Assembly: GCA_023334545.1 (NCBI GenBank)
Contig: JAADVB010000020.1
Location: 62,001 to 126,000, forward strand
DNA length: 64,000 nt
DNA from: Salisapilia sapeloensis CBS 127946
Taxonomy: Eukaryota > Protista > Oomycota
Direction of reading: 5' to 3'
Shown here: positions 19,260-29,800 of the stretch, in pieces
Numbering within the stretch: position 1 is the first letter of the stretch
Layout of the letters: each line of letters starts with the position of its first letter
Program-made: the position numbers and the translations under genes
The notes under the pieces: model-generated
Told to the model about the DNA's origin: nothing
The model's database searches: none
Seen by the model: only the letters and a program-made list of their open reading frames with translations

Positions 19260-22200
19260 TTAGACTGTGGAACTGTCTTCATCCGGCGTCTGCCCATTCT
19301 GTTTCTGTCGATAATGCTGCGTCACGGCCGCACGTCGACGGTCGTCCATCATCTGCTGCTGCAACTGAAGCTTACGAACATGCTCCCGTAGATCCTTGCA
19401 CCTCGGCACCTTGCAGTTACTCGCGCGACATTGTCTTGCGTGTAGTTGCAGCAACGCCCACACGCGTCTGCACACAGTGCATCCGCCATACGCTCGCAGC
19501 TTACATTGCGCACCATGCCGCATCAAGTCCTTCATCTTCGTACAATTGCTAGATGTACACGTGCCATCGACACAGTTGCTCGAGTGCACCAGCAGCTGCA
19601 TGTGCAAGTGGACATTCTGCGCCCGCTTTGCACGCACCTGCCTCTGCTCGTCCGTGAGCGCCGGTCCGCCCACTGCCGCTGCAGCAAGCGTGCTTCCAGA
19701 CGCACCCATACCAGCCCCAACACCGGCAATCCCGCTCGTCGGGACCATCTCCAACGGATGTTCGTGCTTGAGCTCCGCGTAGCACTCGTCACATACGTCA
19801 TAGTCCGGACAGACGTGGCAGTGCCATCGGTTCCCCGTCACGATATCACGCGTGCAATTGTTGCATTCGTAGACGTACGCATTTGGATTCGGGTTCCCCA
19901 AGTGGTACAAGGCCATCATGCTCGAGTGTTTCGCACGACGGAGCTCATCGAACTGATAGTGGTTGCCTTGGCATAGACTGAGGAATGCCTGGCGCGTATC
20001 AAAGAACTCGCTGTCATTCGCTTCATCCGGGTCGGAGCATGCAGTCGGTAGCGAGATAGAGCACTGCTGTAGGCGACTTAGATGGTCCTGGACGTTCGCA
20101 TTCGTAGATAGAGTGGTGTAGCAGTCTTCACACAAGACAGTCTGCGTCTGCTTGAGGGAAGGATTCACTTCCACCGGCGTCTTCATCGACGTGTCGGCGT
20201 AGTACTTGCCATTCACGATGGGCGTGCTGCAGATCTGACAGGATGGCGTGAGGTTTACGACGAGAAAGTCGTCCTTCATCGGCTCCAACACCTCCCCGAG
20301 CTTCTTCATCAACGGATCTGTCACCTTGCGCCAGATCTGGTTGAATCCGTCGCTCGTCAGAGACGACAGATCGCGCTTACTACCGTACACGCCCGCCGTC
20401 TCGACATCTCCCATCTCCTCTGTCACATCAGACGTATCGACACCTTGCAGCGTCTTGCGCTTCTTACTCTTCTTTCCCTTCTTCCCGACCTTCCTCTTCC
20501 CACCGACAGCCTTCTTCGGTTTCTCTGACTCGATCTTATCGATCAAATCTTCAGCAATACCGACCCAGTAGTCGCCTTCAAAGTACGGCAATCGGCACGC
20601 AGGCAAGTCATCTCGCCAGTACTCGTCATAAATGTTCGACACCTTGTTCACAATGCCTTCTCGCTGCGCTTGCAGCAACATATCGACGTACCACTGCCTC
20701 AATCGATCCGACTTGGGTGTCTTTTGCACTTCTGGGTGGCAGTACAAGATGTAGTCATCCCCTTTCAATGGCGGACAGGCCCATAGATGTGCCGTGTGGA
20801 AGCCTCGTTGCTTGGCAAAGTCCAAGTATGCGATCAAGAGCTCATGATACACTTTCGTGCGTAGATGCGGAGGTTCAAAGTAGTTGACACTATCAAGGTA
20901 CGAAATGTATACACGTCGAGCGTTCGAACGAGACTCGTGCTCGTCAAACTCATGCACGTACATGCCAAACAAGAGAACAGAGACGCCATGGATCTCCTGG
21001 AACATACAAATGCACTTGGACTTGAATCGATGCTCAGATGTGTAGTCGTGACTGTCCTTGTAGCGCTGGTACATCTTGTCACGTACCATGAGACTCTTCT
21101 CGATATTTGACACCAGTCGGACGGTCAGAGGTTTCGCCGTTTCCACCTGCTCGACGCTCTTATTCGTATGCTTCGCTTCATCCTTCCGCTCGTCTTCAAG
21201 CGACTGGTTGATCCGATGTTCGAGATAGTCCGACAGCTTCGTACGTTCCAAGTCCTTGGCATTAAAGGTCTGCTTGCCCACAGCATACTTGTCTGGATCC
21301 ACCTTGCGTTTCGCCAAGAGACACTCTGGGCAAAGGAATTCACTTCCGCTCGTAGTCGAGATCGAGTGCACTGACGTCGGAGCTCTCGACACTTGACTCT
21401 TCTCTGCTGCTTCCGTCGATACTTGTACCGGCTTCTTCTCGGCATCAATCTTCCCATTGAACAAAGCACAGATCTGGTGCACCCAGCTATTGCAGTCGTC
21501 GCACTGAACCCACGGCTCTTCATGCACCTCATCGTTCTTCCTCTTCGTCAACTCGCTCTTCTTGTACACTCGTCCATCCACTTGCTTTACCGTCTCGGGC
21601 AACGCACCATGACATTGATGGCAGCAGTGGAACTTATTATCCGGAGAGCAGTAGTAAAAGCAGTTGCGTCGAATGCGTCCGTTGCATTCACCACCACAGT
21701 AGAGCACTGGCGGCTCAAAGAGCATCCGTTCGACACCACACAATCGACAGGTATTCTCCTGCTTTCTCGCAGCGGCTTCAGCTGCATCAATCTCCTGCTC
21801 GAGCTTTCGATACTCCGCATTGAAGTCGCGCAGCATATCTTTCGCCAAGTTATACACATCCTGCTCTTCACTATTGTACGTCATGGCGTTATGAAACGTC
21901 AGGCGAACGTCGTGGGCAAACTGAGCCATGTGCTTATACACGCCAGCATCGAGTTTCTTCTTCACGGTACCTAAATCCATCGGTCGACGGATGACTTTGA
22001 AGTAGTTTGGAATACCTAACGCCTCTGGATCCACTGGACTATTGAACACCCAGCCAAACTTGTGCTCCATCATTCCTCGTAGCAACGCTTCTAGACGTTT
22101 CTTCAGCTGTGCCTGAGGCATCGTCGCGTTATACAGCTTCGTTAAGCTCTCGATATGCGCAGACAGGTCTTCGTCGCTCAGTTCATTCAGCATAGACGTC

Positions 22201-25154
22201 GGTGTCTCGGTTGCCGCAGCCGTCGCGTTCGATGTAGACGCTTGGAGAGCGACACTAGACGTGTCCGAAGGGTTCTCCACCTTAATATCAGAGTCCATGC
22301 GCTGATGTTTCTTCACCATCGCATTCAGCTTCGAGTTGTCCATCGTCAGAGGGTCCTGCGTCGGTGGTTTCGGTGGATCCTTCAGGTCGTTCGGCATCTC
22401 TAGTGGCTTGGGCGGGTCGTTCGACACGCTGCGTTGCGTTGGAGCAAGCGGCTCGTCCATCACCGAGCTAGACGAACCAGATGACGGCGGTTGCGACGGG
22501 GCTTCCTGCTTCACGGCAGGAGGCGCCTGTGCTCGACGTTCAATGACTTGCTTGACGACCTTATGTTGGTAGTTGAGCTTCATGTAATGCTGCTTGAGTG
22601 TCTGCAGCATCCCTCGCTTCTCGCGTACTTTCCCTTCGTACTCCCGCCGGACATTTATGTCCTGCGTCGCATTCGCATAGTGCAGCAGCTGACGGCATTC
22701 GTTTAGCACGTCCTCAATACGCGTATGCGATTCTTCAATCGTCTGGTCGAGCTTAGTCACGTACCCCTTGAGCTTTTCCGTCGACAAGTTCGCCAGCTTC
22801 TTCTCCAGTTCACGCAATTGCTCAGGAGACATGTGCGACGTCGTCTTGTTCTGACCTCCAGGACGCTGCGCTGCAGTCGAAGCAGCAGGAGAAGGATTCG
22901 GCTGAGCAACTGGCCTCGGAGCCTGTTGTTGTTGTTGCTGCACCTGTTGCTGCTGCATCTGAGGCTGCATCTGCTGCTGCTGAGGCTGTTGCTGCTGTTG
23001 TACTTGAGGCTGCTGTTGCACTTGCTGCTGTTGTACTTGAGGCTGCTGCTGTTGCTGTGGCTGGTTTGGGGTCGTAGAAGGCCGTCCACGCATGCTTTCA
23101 TCCTGCCTACGCTTCTGTGTGGCAGCAATGATCTGCTGCAAGGCTTTATCAGCGTCAAGCATGAGTGATCCGTCCTTCTCCTTGACTTCCACAGGGTAGC
23201 TAACGACCTGACAGACCGGACACGAGCTCTTGCCGCACTGTTGAAAGTGGGAGAGCATGAATTTCGATGACGTACAGTGGCTATATGGACAGTTGTACGT
23301 CTTCGGACAGCTACCCATGTGTTTCCATAAGGCCTTCATCTCGTCACACTGCGGCGTCGCCGTGCACGCGCCTTCCGGTTGCTTGCACCACATGGCATGC
23401 CGGAGGAGAAGCAGTCGCTCCTGCTGTCGCTGAAGCACTCGCTTGCTCTCTTCCTGCCCACCTTCACGCGTCATCTCGTGCACGCGCTTGTTGTAGTTGG
23501 ATCGACGCCCTTCATCCAGCGTCGACGTCACGGCCTGGGCCTTGTGCTTGAACTGATTGATGATCTGCATCGAGCTACTACGACTAGCTTGCGGCACCTG
23601 CGCCGTCCGATTGTTTCCGTTGCTACTGGCATTAGACGGAGGATCCTGCAGCTCCGGAGGCATCTGCAGTGGCTGCATCTGCATATTCGCGCTCTGCCTC
23701 GGCTCCGACTTGAGTGCCGGTTCGCCTGGGAACGGAATTGGCTGGGATGCACTTGATGGCGCAGCAGACGTAGCTGTTGCCGTCGAGTTGCCGTGCTGCT
23801 CCGATGCGCTCGACATCTGGCGTGGATGGGCTGCACGAAGGACCTGCTTGAGGCGTGCTTGCAACGTGTCTTTATTAATGTACTCGTCCCGAGAGCTCGC
23901 GCTACGATAAAGACTCAATTCCAGCCGCGTGGCCATGCTCGGCATTCGATTAATCCATTCCATCGGAGGATTCGTCCGCTGCATCTTCAACAGCCTCACA
24001 ATGTGCTGAAACATCTCCTGTCGCAACGGCTTGTCTGCTGTAGGATTATGCCACGGCAACAGCTTTCCGTTCGAGTTGTCTTGTGGCACACTCCTTGCGT
24101 GATTCGTACCATTGTTCCTTGCAGCCTGAGGGTTCATACCCGCTTGATTCGGTGCATTCCCGTTCGCAGGCCGATTCGACGATGCGTTCATCATGTTCGT
24201 ATTGGAAGCAGGAGACCGCTGTGGCGTCGACTGGGAGCTATTGGAGGCCGATGATGGACGATTCGACTGCTGCATACGCTGCATCTGCTGCTGCTGGAGC
24301 ATGCGCATGTACATTTGCTGCTGCTGTTGTTGCTGTTGCTGATAATAGTACGGGTTCATCATCATATTCTGCTGCTGCTGCATGTTGTAATTGTTCATGT
24401 ACATGTTCGAACTATCCATGCCAAAGCCCATCATTGGATTCATCCCCATGCTCGTAGCATTCATCCCCATGCTCGTAGCATTCATCCCCATGCTCGTGGG
24501 GTTCATCCCCATGCTCGTGGGGTTCATGCCCATGCTCGTGGGATTCATATTCATCCCCATACTCATATTCGTTGGATTCATATTCACGCCCATGTTCATG
24601 TTGCTCATGTCCATTCCCATGGACGTCATGTTATTCCGATTCTCCATCGTCATCGTCGGCATGCCCATGCTCGCACTGTTCTGCAGTCCTTGGAACGAAT
24701 CGTCAATGAGCGAGTCGGGAAACGGGATCTCTCCACCGACGGAAGAACTGTTGGAAGACGGAGGACGACTGGAGTTCATGTTGTGTGTGTTGGACACTGG
24801 CGCACTCGACATGGGATCCAGCATATTTACATTCGCGCTACTGTTCGTAGGCGTCGGATTGCCTTGTCCTGCACTCGAGACGTTAATCGAGATCGACGGG
24901 TCGTTCTTGGGCGACTTGAGTTCATCGGGGAAGTCGATCATATCGGCTTCCGTCGACGTATTGCCGCCCATGGAGCCGCCCATGAAGACCATGGGGTCCA
25001 TATCACCATTTCCGAAATCAATGCCGCCGTTCCCATTGGAGAAATCGAGACCGTTGTTGTTCGTATTGCCGTTGGACATGTTGTACGGATTGAAGAACTG
25101 GTTGTCATTCGGCATGCCCATATTCATTTCGTTCACAAACGAGTGTGGATCCAT
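19260..25154 (-). CDS. CBP/p300: CBP/p300-type histone acetyltransferase (KIX-like, TAZ, bromodomain, RING/PHD, KAT11 HAT, ZZ, TAZ)
   Basis: QQERLLLLRHAMWC (TAZ1), HKFGWVFNSPVD..YFKVIRRPMDLGT (bromodomain), VYISYLDSVNYF and HLWACPP..GDDYI (HAT), CNNC..WHCHVCPDYDVC (ZZ), HMQLLVHSSNC (TAZ2). Single 5.9-kb exon. Confidence 0.97.
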   Translation of the reverse strand: MDPHSFVNEMNMGMPNDNQFFNPYNMSNGNTNNNGLDFSNGNGGIDFGNGDMDPMVFMGGSMGGNTSTEADMIDFPDELKSPKNDPSISINVSSAGQGNPTPTNSSANVNMLDPMSSAPVSNTHNMNSSRPPSSNSSSVGGEIPFPDSLIDDSFQGLQNSASMGMPTMTMENRNNMTSMGMDMSNMNMGVNMNPTNMSMGMNMNPTSMGMNPTSMGMNPTSMGMNATSMGMNATSMGMNPMMGFGMDSSNMYMNNYNMQQQQNMMMNPYYYQQQQQQQQQMYMRMLQQQQMQRMQQSNRPSSASNSSQSTPQRSPASNTNMMNASSNRPANGNAPNQAGMNPQAARNNGTNHARSVPQDNSNGKLLPWHNPTADKPLRQEMFQHIVRLLKMQRTNPPMEWINRMPSMATRLELSLYRSASSRDEYINKDTLQARLKQVLRAAHPRQMSSASEQHGNSTATATSAAPSSASQPIPFPGEPALKSEPRQSANMQMQPLQMPPELQDPPSNASSNGNNRTAQVPQASRSSSMQIINQFKHKAQAVTSTLDEGRRSNYNKRVHEMTREGGQEESKRVLQRQQERLLLLRHAMWCKQPEGACTATPQCDEMKALWKHMGSCPKTYNCPYSHCTSSKFMLSHFQQCGKSSCPVCQVVSYPVEVKEKDGSLMLDADKALQQIIAATQKRRQDESMRGRPSTTPNQPQQQQQPQVQQQQVQQQPQVQQQQQPQQQQMQPQMQQQQVQQQQQQAPRPVAQPNPSPAASTAAQRPGGQNKTTSHMSPEQLRELEKKLANLSTEKLKGYVTKLDQTIEESHTRIEDVLNECRQLLHYANATQDINVRREYEGKVREKRGMLQTLKQHYMKLNYQHKVVKQVIERRAQAPPAVKQEAPSQPPSSGSSSSVMDEPLAPTQRSVSNDPPKPLEMPNDLKDPPKPPTQDPLTMDNSKLNAMVKKHQRMDSDIKVENPSDTSSVALQASTSNATAAATETPTSMLNELSDEDLSAHIESLTKLYNATMPQAQLKKRLEALLRGMMEHKFGWVFNSPVDPEALGIPNYFKVIRRPMDLGTVKKKLDAGVYKHMAQFAHDVRLTFHNAMTYNSEEQDVYNLAKDMLRDFNAEYRKLEQEIDAAEAAARKQENTCRLCGVERMLFEPPVLYCGGECNGRIRRNCFYYCSPDNKFHCCHQCHGALPETVKQVDGRVYKKSELTKRKNDEVHEEPWVQCDDCNSWVHQICALFNGKIDAEKKPVQVSTEAAEKSQVSRAPTSVHSISTTSGSEFLCPECLLAKRKVDPDKYAVGKQTFNAKDLERTKLSDYLEHRINQSLEDERKDEAKHTNKSVEQVETAKPLTVRLVSNIEKSLMVRDKMYQRYKDSHDYTSEHRFKSKCICMFQEIHGVSVLLFGMYVHEFDEHESRSNARRVYISYLDSVNYFEPPHLRTKVYHELLIAYLDFAKQRGFHTAHLWACPPLKGDDYILYCHPEVQKTPKSDRLRQWYVDMLLQAQREGIVNKVSNIYDEYWRDDLPACRLPYFEGDYWVGIAEDLIDKIESEKPKKAVGGKRKVGKKGKKSKKRKTLQGVDTSDVTEEMGDVETAGVYGSKRDLSSLTSDGFNQIWRKVTDPLMKKLGEVLEPMKDDFLVVNLTPSCQICSTPIVNGKYYADTSMKTPVEVNPSLKQTQTVLCEDCYTTLSTNANVQDHLSRLQQCSISLPTACSDPDEANDSEFFDTRQAFLSLCQGNHYQFDELRRAKHSSMMALYHLGNPNPNAYVYECNNCTRDIVTGNRWHCHVCPDYDVCDECYAELKHEHPLEMVPTSGIAGVGAGMGASGSTLAAAAVGGPALTDEQRQVRAKRAQNVHLHMQLLVHSSNCVDGTCTSSNCTKMKDLMRHGAQCKLRAYGGCTVCRRVWALLQLHARQCRASNCKVPRCKDLREHVRKLQLQQQMMDDRRRAAVTQHYRQKQNGQTPDEDSSTV
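22923..23057 (-). repeat. Poly-Gln/QPQ coding low-complexity repeat in CBP
   Basis: Mixed CAG/CAA tract encoding QQQQQPQVQQQQVQQQ... Confidence 0.9.
24439..24543. repeat. Five tandem 21-nt coding minisatellite units ((P/A)TSMGMN) in the CBP N-terminus
   Basis: Unit TTCATCCCCATGCTCGT(AGCA/GGGG) repeated at 24439, 24460, 24481, 24502 and (slightly diverged) 24523. Confidence 0.95.
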
Positions 25155-26831
25155 CGTTTCGTGCTTGATATATCTATACAACATGGTAAGTTAATATAAG
25201 AGTACTAGGTGGCGTAAGATCCCTCCAACAGCCTTCGTCCGCGGACACCACAAGGATGCTTGTCGACCTCTAGCTAGATGCGTACAGGACTCAAAACAAA
25301 ATTGTATTCTTTGTACAATAGGTACACCCTCCATAAGCACATTCTACTAGACACTAGACCATGTAGACACAAGTGTATCCTCTACGTCTCCAACGAACGT
25401 ACAACCAAACTGTGGATACAGGAACGCCCGAGGACCGTGACATGGATCGGTCCCAGTCGTCCGGGATGACAAGTGGACTTGAGAGGGCTGTTGGATGGGG
25501 GAACAAGCAAAGGCTATCGCGAAAGACATACCTGATCCACGCCGTTCGCACAGTTGTACTATACTTCGAGAATACCAGTCGCAAGTCGTAGCCCGTTCTG
25601 CGGGACGACCGATGAATGTACAAGTAAGGCGCAAAGTCCACGTCCTGTCGAGACAAACGTGAATGTCGGTTACAATGACACTTGATGCGCGCGAAAGTGA
25701 GAGCGTGGCGATGAGCCTTGCGGACGCACTTGTCGAGCTAGCGCTTCGCGAGCACAGGCCTAGTGAGAAAACTGGAGTGAGGAAGAGCGCCCAAGTTTAG
25801 CGCGATTTCGTACTTAAACGAGATTTCTGTGGCATTTTAAAGAGAACGGCCGGTACCTTACCGGCTCTCGCTTGACACGAGGTCGAGCACATGTCGACGG
25901 AAAAGCAGCAAGGTGGGCTGTTGGAGTACTACCAAGATGGAATTTGTGAAAATGTTCAGATAGTGGATGGGAGAGCCACAAGTTAGGGACGGAACAAGGA
26001 GAAGAGGAGGAAGGGATGGAAGTAAGGGATGTAGCCACGTTAGCATTTAGATAAGATATCATGAAGGGCTGGAGATGCCGAACCGTACCACACTATCGAA
26101 ACAACCCAACCGACTTGCTACAAGTACTTGTAGATTATACACGTGCGTTTTTTACATTGCAATCTGCCCCGTGTACTTGTCGGAAGCGCAATGGTAACCT
26201 AGAATCTCACGACAATGTTGCATCGATCCACCTTAGACATGGAAGCGTATAAATGACTTGTAAATACATTCACAAAATGTCCTAGGATATACATTGCTCA
26301 GGAGAGCTGATTGAGACTTATGTGCAGGTACCTTGAGACAAGGCACCTTCCATTTCGACTGGTCCATCATCTTTGAATAAAGTTCGATATAAACGGTTGC
26401 GAACACCCAATATTCAATGTAAATTCGACCACTAAGTTCAGTCCTACGCTGATATGCACTTGAGTATCCTAGCACCTGCCCAGTCAAAGCAAATAGTTGA
26501 AGTCGATCGTCAAGCCCATTCTTACTTTACATGCCGATCTAGAACGCTCCGTTTTATGCATGCCATACTGAAATCCACTTTGATTTTGCCTGCACTGACT
26601 CTCATCAAACCAGCTGGTGGAGCTCGACATGGCTACATTGGTACCATAAGATACATCGAATGAAGCTCTCTATGGCAAGCTTTCAAGGTGAATACGATGT
26701 AGAGTTTACAGTTATATTATGGCGAACGACTACCTATGGTAGTGGATGCAATCACGAGCACAAGATACGATATATTGGCTTGGACATGGGTATCTTTCGT
26801 AACAAATGCACCGGCATACTTAGCATTACAT

Positions 26832-29800
26832 TCATTTGCCCACGTTAGCTTTCTTGACTGCGTCGGGAAGCTGACGCAACTGAAGTAATACCCTTTTGAA
26901 GTATGCAATCCGTTGTTCTCGAGCAGCTATCTCTTCTGTAGTGTCAGATGGAAGCTTTGGAGAAAGCCCAAACACCTTTCGGACGCGATATGGAATTGAA
27001 TTTCGGGTTCGATCGTCTTTCGTGCGTTGGCCGAGCGCAGCACGAGTCTTGCGGATGAGTTGAACGTAGCGCTTTGCTTCTTTTCTAGAAACGTACGATC
27101 GAAAAGTGGCTTGGATTCGCGTCGTCATTTCTTGTCGAAGCGCTTCCTCACGCTGGATTGCTGCTTCCTCTTCCTTCAATTTCCTCTGTCGGTCTTCCTC
27201 AGCCTTTTGCAATAATTCTCGAGCCTTTTTATTTGCTTCATACTTGATTATCGAATAATAGTTTAGTCGGTAGCATTGATGACGAACTCGATGCCCTCTC
27301 GCGTGGGTACTTGCAAGACATCTCTTGCACAACTCTTCTTCACAACCTTCACAATACCACTGACCAACACGCAAGTCACAAGTGGCACACATGACCACAA
27401 GTGGTTCGTATTTATGTCTATACATAGGCAGAGTCGTGGTCGGCTCATCGTTCTCTGCATCATCTTGATCTTCTTCCTCTGGACTTTTGTGCACGTGTAC
27501 ATAGCATGTATCGCAATAAGGTACTTGACCACGACCGCATTGTAAGCAAACTCTCGTAGAAGTGCTCATCCGGCAATGGACACATGATAATATATCACGT
27601 TTCTTATGTCCATTTAAAGGACTTGTGTCATGATCACGAACAAAGCATTCCTTACACATTGCTGCGTCGCATTCGATGCAATAGACCTTAGCAATGGGTA
27701 CACTAGAAGCAGAGTTACCATCCTCGATAGAATGACGCATGCACATGGCTTGGAACTCGTCTCCCGGAAACGGGATCGGTATACTCTTATGGCATGTGAC
27801 ATTATGCAGCATTCGGGGCATATAATTTACATATTTTCCAGTTCGGACGTGCCGATACTTGACTGTACGACCTCGATGATTCACATACTCGTCAAATGTT
27901 CGTGGTAGTTGGGCCCAGTACTTTGTACGAAATCGAAAGTGGCGAAACTTTCTTTTGATAGCATCAGCTGCATGCACGCGTGCTAGATGCTCCATTTCAG
28001 CTTTCGCGAGCGGAAGTAGTCTAGCTTTATCTTTTCGCTGTTGGATGCGTTTTGCTAACCGCTGCAATATACGAACTGCCCAGCTGAGACGATCAGTACA
28101 GTGAGTGTCAAGTGCAGCCTTGTACTTTTTGCCTCTAGGCTCAGAAGGCAGCACAAACTCTTGTATGAACTTGATAAAGTATTGATCTTCGTTTTGGTCC
28201 TCGTCTTCTGATATTTTAGATTTGGATACTCCAAACTTTTCCCGAAGAAGTAGCTGCAGCATAGCTTTAAACTTTTGAAATGGAATAGTTCGGACATTAG
28301 GTTCTTTAAACTTGGCAAACGCGACGTCTACGGATTGAACAGTTAATCCTTTCCGACCAACAAAGTTACGTGGTAAAGACTTGAGAAAGCGAGCTGTTCG
28401 AGTGCCGTCGACAATGGCTACTCCACCAGATATATCAAGAAATACTTGCTGCCAAATTCCATGGTAACCAACGCGTTTCCACTTTCTATCGCTCAGTGAT
28501 TCATCTCGATCATACAGCTTTCTATCCACATGGAAGAAATGATCAGGGCGAGCCTTTTTAGGTGACTTTCTTCCTCTATCTTTCATCTTGTGTTTATTTG
28601 GAGACCCACTAGTGGCATCCTCATCCACAAATACGTCTGGAAATATCCAGCTTTGTAGCAATAGCTCTCTTGCCAATCGTTGCTGTGATTGTATGAATAG
28701 AGCTTGACCTATGGCGTGCTGTTCTGAAAGTAGATGATGTCTTTGAACAAGACGTCGTCGGATTTTTCTTGATATGTATCTACGAGCTAGCTTCTGAAGC
28801 ATTTTCGCCGCATCCCCTTGGAGTCGTATAATAGCTTGATCGCATTGTTGCTTCCACATGCCAATCAATTTCCGGAAAGCCCGTGCAACAAACTTCATTT
28901 GATGCTGACGCTTCCGGGAATGGAAACCTCGCCAATGCTTCTGTATTTGAATAGCATGTTTATGTCTTACACGATCCCAAGCACGGCGCCTACCTTGCAC
29001 CCCTCTCACGTACCTTTGGATACAAAGCGCGGATGCTTTTCGCTTTCGATTGTTCGCACGACGTAGCAACTCCTTCTCGCGTGCTCTTCGCCGACGAAGT
29101 CGTCGCCGCTCTTGATACCCTCGCCATGCAGACTGAATTCTGACGGCACATCGATAGACAACGGACTTGGATCCACTATTTCCTATCGCTTTGTCTTTCA
29201 TGACCATCATCTTGTTCCACTTAGTTTTCAGTTCTTTCGAAGCAGTTTGCTTCAAAGATGATGAAGCTAGTGTTTTAGCAGTAGTTTGACGCAAATACCT
29301 TTTCTGCTTTTTCCACTCTCGACGTTGATTCAACTCTTTCTTTGCTCGATGCATTCTCCATACCTGCTGGAGAGTACAAACTGCCCAGTACACTTGCTGC
29401 CTGTGAATCAAAGCATATTTTCTAGCCTTTTGACCTCGGAAGAGTGCTTGGACTATAGTCACTCGTCGTTTATCCTTCTCAAACAAAGCTCGACGTCGTT
29501 TCAAGGCTCTTATCTTTCGCATTCGCCACTGCTGGAAGCATCTTTGTGCCTTCGTTACCATCTTTACGTAAAACATGCGCTTCTTCCACTTTGTCATAGT
29601 AGCTTCCAAAACAGCTATCCGTTGTTTCTCTCTTCGTATATCTCTAAGTACTCTAAGCTTATGCTGAGCTTGTCGTATGCGCACATGCGTCTGAATAAGC
29701 ATTGCAGCATTATATAGCTTTTTCTTGTACAAGTATGATCTCAGTTGAGCTATAAACTCCTGTCGACATCTCCAGCACCGTTGCAATCGAGTTGCAGCAT

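Noticed and set aside
24439-24543. Regular 21-nt repeats as a possible CRISPR-like array
   Set aside because: No spacers, in-frame coding units, eukaryotic context.
24315-25199. Plus-strand His-rich (294 aa) and hydrophobic FIPMLV-repeat (267 aa) ORFs
   Set aside because: Antisense readings of the CBP Met/Asn minisatellite and low-complexity region.
26061-26848. Several 60-85-aa ORFs in the CBP-IQ intergenic region as possible small genes or TE remnants
   Set aside because: No motifs, no codon bias and no transposase or RT signature.
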